From NCBI RefSeq assembly GCF_036321535.1, contig NC_087438.1:9054001-9118000 (forward strand): a stretch of DNA of 64,000 bases, read 5' to 3'. Every line of letters begins with the position of its first letter. The first letter of the stretch is position 1. Both the position numbers and the translations under genes were made by a program. Below, piece after piece: positions 13,571 through 27,055 of this stretch. The stretch comes from Camelus dromedarius. Its lineage: Eukaryota. A model generated the notes under the pieces. That model made no database searches. It had not been told where the DNA came from and saw nothing but the letters and a program-made list of their open reading frames with translations.

Positions 13571-13957
13571 CAATTCCAATTTTGTTATTGCATAAGCCCA
13601 TTTGTATAAATGGTATATGACTCAATCTATCCACTTTTTATAATTTTTCATATAATTTTACTTTCTCTGTGAATGCTCTCTGTACAGAATAATTTCTATA
13701 TGTTTCACAGTTTTTAACACTATTGAGTTTTTTTTTTTCATTTTACATGATTTGCCTAATTGGTTATGAAGGTCCAAGAGCAATGAGATTTTCCTTTCAA
13801 TTAATCTTAAATCTGGCAAACTCGAAACTGCCTCAGATATTTCAGGTGAACTACTTCCTAGTTTTCGTTGGTTTTCTCTTGTAGATGTTGGTAATCAGAG
13901 ACCAAGGCAGCATCAGGATGAAACATTAAACAAAATAAATATACACTTCACAGTAGA

Positions 13958-14179
13958 CAAGAGGTTCTCAACTGGGGACTATTTTCTGTCCCAGCTCCCC
14001 TCCAGGGAACATTTAGTAATATCCAGACACATTTTTGGTTGTCACAAAAATATTTGGGCGTGCCACAGTCACCTAATACTAAAAATGCTGCTAAACATTC
14101 TACAAAGCACAGAACAGATCCCCCAAAGAATTATCCAGGCCCAAATGTTGTCACTAATGCCAAGATTAAGAAACTCTAG
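13958..14179. mobile_element. MER20-like hAT DNA transposon fossil
   Basis: 'ggttctcaactgggg...gacacatttttggttgtcaca...tgctgctaaacattctaca...aagaattatccaggcccaaatgt...gagaaactctag'-type layout matches MER20. Confidence 0.75.
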
Positions 14180-14784
14180 CACAGAACATCAATATTTGTA
14201 CAGAATCCATTGCGCATCATGCATGGGAAAGCGTTCACCCAGTTTCTATACTACAAGGAAATTGCAAAATTATACAAGAAAATTCAATTAGTTCTACTTT
14301 CTTCATTCAGCTCTATTTTAAAGATCTTGCTTCAAGAAATTGAGTTATCAATTAATCTTTCTATTAGCTTGATAAATTCCAAGGTAATTCAATTCCACCA
14401 GGTGTTGTAAAATACAGTTCCATAAAATAACAAATTCTATAAGCAGGAGAAGAATTTGACAAATTAGATAAGGGAAATACTTATTAAATAATGTTCTTTT
14501 AACATGCATATAGTTGTAGAGGTATACTACAAATAATGCATACATAAGCATACAACATTCCATTTAGAATGTAGTCCTCAGTTTCATACACACATAATTT
14601 CAAATGCACTTCATTTCTTTTGAGTATTTTAAATAGAAAATAGAGGAAAGTAGCAAAAATAACTTTCCGAGATTATGTAAAATCTTCTGAGATTATGTAA
14701 AAATGAGAAAATCCAAGAATGGCTTTTTATATGCAATGCAGTAATAAGAAAAAGTACAGTTTCATTTATGTTGGTTTAGTACAA

Positions 14785-15011
14785 ACTAAATTTTATATAG
14801 AATCACAAAAGACCCAGAATTGCCAAAGCAATACTGCAAATTTGTTCTATCCAATATTGAAAATGGAGCATTCAAGTCTGCAACATACAGACTGACCTTT
14901 CTATCATACAAGGTCTATCTTTATATCTGGTAACATTTTTTGTTCCAATGTCTCCTGTGCCCTATATTTTTATAGCCCCTCTGACTTTCCTATGGTTGCT
15001 GTTTGCATGAT
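14785..15011 (-). repeat. 227-bp inverted duplicate of 26515-26741
   Basis: Manual alignment: 7 substitutions, no indels. Confidence 0.95.
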
Positions 15012-16321
15012 TTCAATAGAGAATTATGTCTTATTGATGCCATACATTTAATGAAACTGTACTAAAAAAGTATTATTATTAGAATTAGAAAATTCAAAAC
15101 ATGAATTTCATAAGATAAATTACTATGCACACATCTGAAACTAATATAATATTGTATGTTAACTTCACCTTAATAAAAAATAAAAAGGGGAAATTAAAAA
15201 ATTAAAAGTATAAAAGTTTGAAGATACTTGTAGCTTGATTGGCAGTTTTTTGGTGCCAGAATACTTAAAGCAGTTTGGAATTTTATCATTTTAAATATTC
15301 ATTGTTACAGGAATAGGGTTATGGAAGTTTTTGACCATTAACAAAAATAAAAACATTAGATTTCTTTTTATACATTTATTAAATTATGACAAATGGAAAC
15401 AGTTATTTAACATTACAATAAATAGATATTTGAGTATATAACTAATTCAAACTAATCGATTGGACACCAGGAAGTGATTGAACATATAATACTGAATAAA
15501 GAAACCTATGAAAGAAGAGAAATTATGAAAGCAAGAATTATGCTATTCTCTCAGGCTCTACAATTGGCAGTTTCCAGAACAAAACGCTAAGCCTGTGTGA
15601 TGAACCATATGAGATAATATTTTCTGTGACAGAAATGATAAATAGAATGAAAATCTTTTGACTTTATTCATTCCTGGAACTTGATCAAATGATGTTTATA
15701 AATCCTTGTGGATTGATTGTGATTATAAGTTGACAAATGTAAAACAGCTTTTAAATATAAAATTTTAATAATGTCATAATTTTAAGAGACATTAAATATA
15801 AAAGCTGATGCAAAAATTGATAAGTAGATTAGACTATATTAGCATACAGAAGGTAAATTTCTTATGAGCTGGAGTACATATAAACTATCTAACTGACTAC
15901 TTTTAGAGTATATCTAAGGTATTCAGGCATTGCTAACTTTGCACAGATGACATTAAAAGACAGAAGAAAAAAGAGTTGGTGTGATTTCCACCTAATAAGT
16001 TTAATTATTTCTCTTAGCTCCAGCTTGAGTTAATGGCATTAATTTATAGAATATGATGAATTTCCATTTGACCTTATTTACAAGTTAATGCATTTATTTA
16101 TTAGAGAAAGTCAGATCTTATTTTGGCCAAACATTATTCATTCATTATTGAGTATAAACTTTTGTGGAAATGGAATTTCAAACAAAACACCCACAATATC
16201 CTTAGAAAAATATAGTACATATGCATGATTTGATTTGCAGTGTGATGTTACCTCTCTTATCTCAGATTTTTACTATTTAATATTCTATCCCCCTATACAC
16301 AATATCCTATGCTCTATTTTT

Positions 16322-16425
16322 AAATGGAATTAGTGCCCTTATAAAAGAGACTTGGAGAGATCCCTTGTTTCTTTCTGCCATGTGAGGACACAGGAAAATA
16401 CGGTATATTGAAACTCCAAAGAGGA
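16322..16425 (+). repeat. ~105-bp inverted duplicate of 16705-16809 (MLT1 segment)
   Basis: About 86% identity by manual alignment. Confidence 0.8.
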
Positions 16426-16577
16426 ATTGAGAAACATTGGAATATATGTTAAAATATACACTTTCAAATATTATTTGGATTTATCTTATGAGGCATAGCA
16501 TCTATATATCCACTTTCATTTGTAATATTGATTTTGAATATTAGGACTCAAGAAGACTCATCACTGTTGCCCTCATT

Positions 16578-16925
16578 TGTCTCAGTTGCTATAACACAGT
16601 ATCATAGACTGAGTGGCTTAGAAACAATAGGAATGTATTGGTTACAATTCTGGAGGCTATAAGCCTGAGATCAGAACACCAATACAGTCAGGTTCTTGTG
16701 AAAGTCCTCCTTGGAGTTTTAATATGCTGTCTTTTCCTGTGTCTTCATGTGGCTGAAGGAGACAAGGGAGCTCTCTAGAGTCTCTTTTATAAGGGCACTA
16801 ATACCATTTGTGGGGGGTCCATCCACATGACCTCGGCTACACCTAATTATAATGCCACACCTCCTAACACCATCACACTGGGGAGTCCTTTCCAACATAT
16901 GAATCAGCACTGATCTATAACCACC
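16578..16925 (-). mobile_element. MaLR LTR (MLT1A-like)
   Basis: 'gttgctataacacagtatcatagactgagtggcttagaaacaa...tcttttataagggcactaatacc'. Confidence 0.8.
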
Positions 16926-17118
16926 GTCAAATATTTTATCACCATAGGAAAGCTACTGAATGTTTAAAGAACATGTAATACAAAGTGTGATTTATATAGT
17001 TGTTGTTTTTTTTTGGTTTTTTTTTTTTACTTTTATCTAATATAATTAAATTTAGGGGCCACAAATCCAAGTTTCAATGGCTGACTCTATTCTTGTCAGG
17101 TCTAGTGTTCTAGAAGCT

Positions 17119-17833
17119 CACAATTTTGAAATCCCAGTCTATCCCTTCCCACCCTCCACCCCCTTGGTAACCACAAGTCTGTATTCTCTGTCTGTGAATC
17201 TATTCCTGTCCTGTATTTACGCTTTGTTTTGTTTTTGTTTTTTAGATTCCACATATGAACGATTTCATATGGTATTTTTCTTTCTCTTTCTGGCTTACTT
17301 CACTTAGAATGACATTCTCCAGGAGCATCCATGTTGCTGCAAATGGCATTATGTTGTCGGTTTTTATGGCTGAGTAGTATTCCATTGTATAAATATACCA
17401 CCTCTTCTTTATCCAGTCACCTGTTGATGGACATTTAGGCTGTTTCCATGTTTTGGCTATTGTAAATAGTGCTGCTATGAACACTGGGGTGCAGGTGTCA
17501 TCCTGAAGTAGATTTCCTTCTGGATACAAGCCCAGGAGTGGGATTCCTGGGTCATATGGTAAGTCTATTCCTAGTCTTTTGAGGAATCTCCACACTGTTT
17601 TCCATAGTGGCTGCACCAAACTGCATTCCCACCAGCAGTGTAGGAGGGTTCCCCTTTCTCCACAGCCTCTCCAGCATTTGTCATTTGTGGATTTTTGAAT
17701 GACGGCCATTCTGACTGGTGTGAGGTGATACCTCATTGTAGTTTTGATTTGCATTTCTCTGATAATTAGTGATATTGAGCATTTTTTCATGTGCTTTTTG
17801 ATCATTTATATGTCTTCCTTGGAGAATTGCTTG
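17119..17833 (-). mobile_element. Young 5'-truncated LINE-1 with an open 187-aa ORF2 C-terminus (17242-17805)
   Basis: [31 protein letters not shown]...[19 protein letters not shown]...TWKQPKCPS...[10 protein letters not shown] is the L1 ORF2p cysteine-rich C-terminal region. Confidence 0.95.
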
Positions 17834-18569
17834 AAATAGATTATATTCTTAAAACACAAAAAATCATAATACCCTATTTACGAAGCCTTTTCTGTTTAAC
17901 CATCTGGTAATTATGTCACTGTTCCTGGCTCTTTCATAATCTCAGTGTTCTTTACAATAATTTGTCTTGTGTAAGGTGTATCTTGAATTTTTCACATTTT
18001 TATCACTCACAAGTCTAAAACATAATCATATCTCAAATGACACTTGTTCAACAGCTTTTAAATGATCAGTCATCTCTGTCAAAGTCTTTGCATGAATTCC
18101 TAACTAAACCAAAATTGGACTGGTCTAATTCTGGTTTCCAAACAGCCTGAATTCACTCAGAACTTTCTGCCATTATGGTACACAGTTTGCTTTGAGTGGA
18201 CCCAGGGAACTATTGAATGTCCTTATGCTCTTTAAGCTCAAATTGGCTAAACAATGTTTTTTAAAGAAAAAAGAAATATACCATTAAATATATTGTAAAG
18301 CAATTGACAAGAGAAAAAAAGATAAACTACAGCTATCAGATGTGACTGTTTGGGGTGGTGGTTTTGACATGTCATTGATTGGTGTGCCTCTTGTATTAAG
18401 TCTTCTGTCTCTGTCCGGATGTGTCAAGAAAAATATGACAGCCTCCTGCCAAACTGCCGTATGACATCGATGCGGGGTTGTTTTTGACAGGAAAATGCAA
18501 GTCCCTCAGGTACTGACTAGAATTGTTCTCAAATACACTTTAAATGTCTATATTAAACATGATTTTAGA

Positions 18570-19170
18570 AGCTGAGAGTGAAGAGATGGAAAAGATATTC
18601 CATGCCAATGACAACAAAAAGAGAGCAGGGATGCCCATACTTGCTTCAGACAAACTAGACCTTGAGTCAAAAACTATCACAAGAGATAAAGAAGGTCATT
18701 GTATAATCATAGAAGGATCAGTTCATCAGGAAGATAGAACAATTTTATATATAAAACAAACACCGACAGATCTGAAGGAAAAGTTAGACAACAGGACAGT
18801 AACAGTAGGAGACGTCAATACCCTAATTTCAATAATAAATGGAACGTCCAAACAGAAAATTAATAAGGAAACAGAAGACTTGAACAACACTGTAGACCAG
18901 ACAGAACTAACAGAGCATTCCTTTCAACAGCAGCGGAATACACATCCTTCTCAATCGCGCTCGGAATAATTCTCCAGGAGAGATCACATGTTAAATCACA
19001 AAGCACATTTAAGAAGATTGCAATCATACTTAGTATGTTTTCTGACCACAGTGGAATGAAACTAGAAATCAATAATAAAAGTAAAACTAGAAAATGCACA
19101 AATAAGGGAAATTAAACAATTCACTCTTGAATAACCAATAGGTCAAAGAGAAATTTAAAGGGAAATTAGA
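18570..19170 (+). mobile_element. LINE-1 ORF2 endonuclease-domain fragment
   Basis: ORF 18544-18969 contains KIFHAN..KRAG..IL.SDK, RDKEGH and VGDVNT motifs; an SDH-type codon run follows near 19040. Confidence 0.9.
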
Positions 19171-21677
19171 TAATAATGGTGTATTTATTTTCCGAGTCCT
19201 TTCTTATTTTCCCTTTATCCAAAAGTGGATTAGCAGATTTAGTAACATTATTTTCTACTATAAAAGTTGTACGTGATCACTAGATAATTTTGATGACATA
19301 TTAAGTATAAATTAGTAGATGACCAGTTATTATGGCATATAAATATCAGAGGCTTTCATTAGGCGAATATTGGTGGGAAGTGCTGGTTTTCTATTGTGTG
19401 TTTTAAGCCTCAGACCAGTCTATGGCACATGCATTGCTATTTTACTGGTTTACGATACAACTAAGTAAGGTCGCAGAGACTAAGTGATTTTCCCCAACAC
19501 CTATTGCTCACAGAAGGCAAAGCTCTCACCTGTGCCACAGTATCCCAGCCCAACAGCTTGCAAAGTTCAACATTTATAGAGAAAAAACCTGCTGGTGCCC
19601 CACAGCGTCCCTAACCATCTGCAAAAAATGCTCTTTTTTTATTACAGAAATATAAGTGAGGATTTTGAAATGAAAAAAGTAAATTGGTTGCTTGTCAAAA
19701 CAGAATTCTTTCAAAAATTCCAATTTTTTTTTATGATAACTACTTGAGTATTGAAGAGTCCCCAAGTCTTTGAAAGAATGTATAAGTATCATTTACATGA
19801 AAATATTGTTTGAAATATCATACTCAAACATAATCATGTAAAATAGTGTCATCTTCTCACTTCTATTAGAGAATAAATTAGCTTTCCAGATAACCAGTTT
19901 TTATAAAATGGCTTCCACATAATGAAAAGATAAAAATCGTTGCAGATTTCAAAAATGTGATGAAAGACATAATAATTTTCAGTACTTACTCAAGAGTAGA
20001 AGACATGCAAATAGATAGAAAAATATTCTATGTTGATGAAGTGAAACTCTGCATGATGAAGTAAAATGTTATTTTTATCTGCTTACAATAAAATTTAACT
20101 TCTTACATTGTTTTTTATATTTTAATTAGTTTTTAGTTAAGATGTTTATTTATTTGATTAACAATTCATTATATTAAGTAAGGCAATGAATGAGGATGGT
20201 TCATTCTGTACTAAAGAGGTATACTAGGGTTTTGTGGTATATAGTATACAAAAGCAAAAAAATAACTGCAGATACTTGAGTGACATACGTAAGTGGAAAT
20301 CAGCGATTGTACTGAAAATTTCATGCCATAGTGAATGACAAAAACAATCACTGAAAATAGTCAGTGAATGTGGAGGGGAGCAATGGTCACTCCATTTCAG
20401 CATGTTGGTTGTTTTGATAAATAAGAGCCTTTCTAGACTGCTAATTTTTTCTAACAAATTATTAACACATAACTTAAAATTTCAAGATCTAAACCTGCTA
20501 CCAAAACTTATTCAAGTGTATTGTTATAGACCATGGTTTGCAAAAGTATATCCAAAGGAATCTTGTTCTGCTACATTATCTTTAAAACAAACAAACAAAA
20601 ACAAACCAAAAAACACAAAATGTCTGGAATTCTGTATATTTGGAAAATACAAAACGTTTTCCCTCTTATAGAAAATTATAAATTAACTTTAGCATAATAC
20701 AATTTTCAAAAGTTCTATGGTAGTAAAGTAATGTCAACTTTGTTAAAAATACCCATAAATGTAGACCTTCCATTGACTGCAGGAGAGGACTATCCTGAGA
20801 ACATGGTAATCTGATTAGCTGCCTTCATGTCTCACTTATAATTTCTCCACTTTTAATACCATGACTAAAATTTGAGTGTTTTTCAGTTCTGTTTTTCTCC
20901 TAAGAAGAAAAACTTTATCCTTGTTTTTGAAAAATGGAATTTCCTAACAAATAAATATAAGCCTGGACATTTTATTCTATGCATTGGTTTGACCATTTGA
21001 CAAAGCCTTTTACATATCAAACTTTCAGAGTCATTAATTCATTCCCTAGAGGGCTTTCAACACCTATTTCCCATTTCAATAAAAAGTATATATTCTTGAT
21101 ATGTGATGCACATGTCCTTAGACATAGATATGCGTATGTAAGCATATATATATATACTTGAACATCAAAGGTTATGTATTGAGTGTATACAGTTTAATCT
21201 ATTAAAAAGATAAGTTGTCATATAAATCTCATCCTCTGTCTTACATTCCTCACTGAATGGTATGTTTTTAAAATACGTTCAAGACTGTGTGGCTATAGAC
21301 CTTGGCTTCTGCCTGTTGCATAGTATATTGTAATGATTATCAATAAACTTTTACAGATTTACTCCCTTTTGCTGGTCATTGTTAGGTCCATCTGACTACT
21401 AGCACAATCACTAAGTAAGTGATTAGATTTGTACATAGGACTTTGCCCCTGTGTGAGCATTTCTCTGGAAAAATACAGATTCAGAAATGTAACTCCTGTA
21501 TTACAATGCATATTTAATTTTCATGAATATTTAATTTTTATTATTTATGCTGGATCTTAGTAATTTTCCACTTTTATTATATACTTTGTTCTTTATTTGG
21601 TGTCTCTCTGCTGTCTATCTCTGTCTCTTTGTCTCGCTCTGTCTAATCAATATTAACATACATTTATGCAACTTCAT

Positions 21678-21876
21678 ATTTTATTTTATTTTATTTTATT
21701 TTTTAAAATTTTATTGAGTTATAGTCGGTTTACAATGTTGTGTCAATTTCTGGTGTACAGAACAATTTTTCAATCATACATCAATATACATACATTCATT
21801 TTCATATTCTTTTTCACCATGCGCTATTACAAGATCTTGTATGTATTTCCCTGTGCTATACAGTATAAACTTGTTT
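21678..21876 (-). mobile_element. Short LINE-1 3' end
   Basis: ATTTT tail then 'tttacaatgttgtgtcaatttctggtgtacag', the same 3'UTR as 57330-57390. Imperfect TSD aacttc..atttt. Confidence 0.85.
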
Positions 21877-24774
21877 ATAACTTCCCATTTTCAAATAATG
21901 ATGTTTTAGAGGAACTGTAGTGTGACACTAAACCAAAGTTTCTGTCCTTTGAGGCGATGTATTACCTATCTATCATGCCCTAGCCTGGAAACTGCCCTGA
22001 GAATTACGTCACCTGTGTTGTCATGTGTTAACAGAATACAGCCTGGCCTCTACCAGCCAACAGTGCAATGAAAAGTAAGTGTTCGGAGAGCAACTTTTGT
22101 CCGTAGACATGTGATAAGGATTTGTAATTACATTACACATCAATAGTCTTTCTCTTATCTTTGATTCTGCCCTAAAACGAATCTAATATACAGCTGTATC
22201 TCCTGTTGTTTGCCATAGATCCATGAGGTTTGAAAGAAATATTCATATAGGAAATAAATGGTGCTTAATTTGTTCCGTGCTAAGCAAAATGTTGCTGACT
22301 AGTTGATGCTATTCTTTAGAATTTAAAAATTATAGTGTCATAGTCAACATTGAGCTTTAAATCAGTTTGGAGATACTATGCAATAGATCACCTTTAAGTG
22401 ATACATTTAAGCATGATTTTTTTCTCATTTAAAAAAAATAATATTCCACTTGCCCGGTGATATCTGCTATCTTCCCTAAGCACTTTTCACTTTGTCCACA
22501 TATATACTGGGTGTCCTCCTTGTCTACTGAATATTGTGAAGGACCTGGAAAGGCAGGATTCCTTTGCAGTAGATTTCCTGCTGAGGCTTGTTCACTCTCT
22601 GCTGCGGTTTTCCTGCCTTCAGATTTAGTGTGTTGTATGTTTACGTTCTCCTTGTTGTAGCATTTGGAGCCCCAAGGGCTTTTGGCGGCTCTTCATTTGT
22701 ATATGTGCATATTCACTACTCTATTTAGGATTAAGTTTTTTTTCCTTCTCGACTTTCTTTGTTATTTGAATGCCCAGATCCCCCAATGCCCGCTATCTCA
22801 CTTCAATTTCTGCCAGCTGGGGCTGTGCCTTTGGGTCCCACGCTCTGGCCGTCAGCTGGGGTTTCTCCCCGGCTGGTCTGCCTCTTCGTGATTTCCCAGT
22901 GGCTTACATCCTGCTTGGCTGCTGGAGAGTTCTGCCTTCTGCTTGTTTGTTGCAAGGCTCATTGGATTTTACTCATAAACATGGTTTAATTTTCTTTTCT
23001 AAGGGAATTCATACCTTTTTTCTCCCCTTTTGTATTGCTATTGTCCCTGTATCTGCAGACAATTATTTCATTATTTTTTATATTTTTTTATAGATGTTTT
23101 CAAATATTTTTACACAGCTGTGTCCGAGCCTTTCAGATCTTTGAAATTTTGGTTTTATAGTAATTTAAATTATATTTGTTTTCTTTAGAACAAACTTTAT
23201 TTTCAGACAATGCTCTATTACACTGAAAAGAGCTATAGGGATAAAGGATAAAATCAAATATGAGGTAAAATTATCATTGTCCAACCGATAATTATGAAAG
23301 GTGAACATTATTTCATGTAAATGACTTTATCATTTTAATTACTCACTTTTTATCTTAAAATAGACTATATATTTATAACAATATGTATTTAAACATTGTT
23401 TCATTTAACATTTTTATCACAATTGTTTTGTATATATTAAATACCAAGTAATGGTACAAGTTTATCATTAAAAAGAGTACTCCTGAGTCCCCATCTTCCA
23501 AATTACTAGAAACTTTATTTATATATAGAATGGTTTTTTTTAAATAGTATGCTCATACCAATATTTAAATATATGTTTTCAAATTTACACAGTAATTATC
23601 AGCTAAAGAACATTAGGATTTAGATCTTATACACAAATCTCCATTATAGATTCTCCTTTTTCTTAAGCTAATTATGTACTATATAATTCTCTCTTTCTAT
23701 GGATAGACAGATATACAGTTAGCTAAATTATTAAATGCTTGTATGAGTAGGATGATATAACAGTATTTTCATATAAACCACACACTGTACCATGTTTCTA
23801 TTTCTTTTTCTGTAAAATTTTTGGTCTCTTCTCTGCATTTTATCATTACCTCATACTTATTTTGTTTTCTTAGTCTCATACATGTCTTCGATTATATCAC
23901 AAGCAAACTCTCTAACTGGTCTAAAATCTTTGTCAATATGACCTTACAGTGTAGTAACCTTCAATTGTTCGTTAAGTGTTTCAATCTTAAAGCTTAATGA
24001 CCATTTTTTAAGGTAGATTTAATGTAGATGCCATTGGCCATACACTGCCAGTTGGATAGGGGACTGGACTGTTTCTTGAAAATGTTTGGCTACATTTCAA
24101 TAACTTAATTAATATCTAAGTGTGATGATTATTGATTTAAAAAGTAAATCATTTTGGTTGAATCAGTTAGCCTCTCTCCACTAGACATTATGTCTTAGTT
24201 ATCAGTTCAGCTACTTTGTTATTTCCAGAACAAAGAATAAAATTTCAAATTTGACATTATCTACTGTTTATTTCAGGACAGATGTGTTGACCATATGTCA
24301 TATCTGAATATCTTTCATAAATGATCTGGAAAACCAGCCATTCCTAAACTTAGAAAATCCCAACATATTTTTTTCAATTCTAATTTGGCCTGAAATATAC
24401 TAGCCTCCCAATTAATAGAAAGGGAGGTAATTAAAACTATATATATAATTCTATTTTAAGAATTTTAATAAAATAGAATATTGTTCAAGATAATCCATTT
24501 TTCAATAATATTTGTGGCACTTCTCATTACATACCTGCATTTTATTAGCCTCACTTTACTTAAAAAGAAATTGAAATTTATTTAACTTATTTTATGTTTC
24601 ATAACATGATCCATAAAATATATAACTGGAATTTAAGTTTCCTGAATTTTATATCAATGTTCTTAGATTATAGTACCCCAGAATTTTGAAAGCCCAATTT
24701 TAAGCTTTTTTCATTTCCTATGTTCAGAATCTCGAGTTACAGGTTAGGTCTGTCCCAATGTACCAGAATAAAAT

Positions 24775-25303
24775 ATTGTTTTTTACTTCTAGTTTTATTG
24801 AGACATAACTGGCATACAACACTGTATAAGTTTAAGGTATACAACTTAATGACCCAGCGTATGTATATATTGTGAAATGATAGCCACAATAGGTTTAACT
24901 TCCACATTCTCATATATGTATAATTAAAAAATTTTTTCTTTGTAAAGAGAGATTTCAAGATCTATTCTCATAGCAACTTGCAAATATACCATGCAGCATT
25001 GTTAACTGCAGTCATCATGTTGTAAGCTAAATCCCCAGTACTTATCTTACAACCGAAATTTTGTACCTTTTGACCACTTTTACCTAATTCCCCCTTCTTC
25101 CACCCTTACCTTTTGCAATCACAAGTCTCATCTCTTTTTCTGTGAGGTTTTTTTTTTTTTTAATTCCATATATAAGTGAGATCATACAGTATATGTCTTT
25201 CTCTGTCCGACTTATTTCACTTAGCATGATACCCTCAAGTCCCAATCATGATGTCACAAATGGTAGGGTTTCCTTTTTAATGATGAATAATATTTCATTG
25301 TGT

Positions 25304-25343
<40 letters not shown>

Positions 25344-26155
25344 GTATATATACATCACATTTTCTTTATCCATTCATTTGTTAGTAGACACAGGTTGTTT
25401 CCATATTCTTGGCTATTCTAAATAATACTGCAATGAAAAATAGATGAAGGTGCAGATACCTTTTCAACATCACAATTTTATTTCTTTTAGGCGTACACTA
25501 GAGAGAGATTGCTGGTAGCTCTGTTGTTAACTTTTTGAGAAAACTCCACAATATTTTCCATACTGGTTGTACTAATTTATATTGTCACCAAAAGTGCACT
25601 AGTGTTCCCACTTCTCCGCATTCACACTGGCATTTGTTATCTCTTGTCGTTTTGGTGCCAGTCATTCTAGCAGGCAGGTGATGATACCTTGCTGAGGTTT
25701 TGATTTGCATTTTTCTCTAATTACTGATGACGTTTAGTACTCTTCCATGCACACGTTGGCCATCTGAATATCTAATTTGGAACTTGTTTCGTTTCTTTGT
25801 TCATTTTTAATTGGATTACTTGTGGGTTTTTTTGTTTTTGTTTTTGTTTTTTTTTTTTGAGTTGTAAGAGATATTTATATATTTTGGATACTAACCTCTT
25901 ATCAGATATATGATTCACAAATATTTTTACCATTACAAAGCTTGCCTTTTCATTTTGTTGATTGGTTCTTTTATGGTACAGAGGCTTTTTAGTTTAATAT
26001 AGTCCCACATGTTTATTTTTCATTTTGTTTCTTGTGCTTTAAGTGTCATATTCAAGAATTATTGCCAAGACTCCTCTCAAGAAGTGTTTTTGCCAAATGT
26101 CCTTCTATGATTTTCGTGGTTTCAGTTCTCAGCATTTAAGTCTTTAACTCATTCC
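24775..26155 (-). mobile_element. LINE-1 (L1MA-type) 3' region with an internal (CA)n microsatellite at ~25306-25339
   Basis: Antisense L1 3'UTR and ORF2 end, e.g. 'ttttgatttgcattt' and 'tagtttaatatagtccca'. Confidence 0.88.
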
Positions 26156-26249
26156 TCTCACCACGATGAAATCAGAAAGAAATAGGATATCTGAACAGAC
26201 TAATCATTAATAAGGGCATTGAATCAGTAATCAGAATTCTTCCACACTA

Positions 26250-26689
26250 GAAAATATTTACTTAATACAAAGGAAGCAATACAGGAGGAATAGAGGCATG
26301 CACAAAAAACACATGGAAAATATAGAAAGCCAAAGGAAATTCACAGATGCAAATCCACCTATGTCAATAATAACATTAAATGTGAATATATTACACAATC
26401 AAATCAAAACATCAGAATTGTCAGACTGGATAATAAGAAAACAATATTCAACTATCTGCTATCGAAGGAGACACAGATTCAATAGGCTAAAATCAAAAGG
26501 AAGGAATAAGATCTATCATGCAAACAGCAACCACAGGAAAGTCAGAAGGGCTATAAAAATATAGGGCACAGGAGACATTGGAACAAAAAATGTTACCGGA
26601 TATAAAGATAGACCTGGTATGATAGAAAGGTCAGTCTGTGTGTTGCAGACTTGAATGCTCCATTTTCAGTATTGGATAGAACAAATTTG
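26250..26689 (+). mobile_element. Old L1 ORF2 N-terminal (endonuclease) fragment
   Basis: ORF 26298-26564 has MSIITLNVN...KIYHANSN, the start of L1 ORF2. Confidence 0.8.
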
Positions 26690-27055
26690 CAGTATTGCTT
26701 TGGCAATTCTGGGTCTTTTGTGATTCTATATAAAATTAAGTATTATTTATTCTAGTTCTGTGAAAAATGTCCTGGGTAATTTGATAGGGATCGCATTAAA
26801 TCTGTAGATTGCCTCGAGCAGTAAGGCCATTTTAACAATATTGATTCTTCCAATCCCAGAGCATGGGATATCTTTCCATATCTTTAAGTCATCTTTAATT
26901 TCCTTAATCAATATTTTGTAGTTCTCCATGTATAAGTTTTTAACCTCCTTGGTCAGATTTATTCCTAGGTATCTTATTGTTTTGGATGTGATTTTAAAAG
27001 GGATTGTTTCTTTACTTTCTTTTCCTGCTATTTATTGTTAGTGTAAAGAAATGAA
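26690..27055 (-). mobile_element. Younger L1 ORF2 internal fragment
   Basis: ORF 26747-26929: [31 protein letters not shown]...[20 protein letters not shown]. Confidence 0.92.

Noticed and set aside
17242..17805. 187-aa ORF as a host gene
   Set aside because: It is the LINE-1 ORF2p C-terminus of a truncated copy lacking the EN and RT domains.
15012..26514. Staggered-break inversion bounded by the 227-bp inverted duplicates
   Set aside because: The 26.6-kb copy keeps contiguous L1 sequence on both flanks, which fits a donor plus insertion rather than inversion breakpoints.
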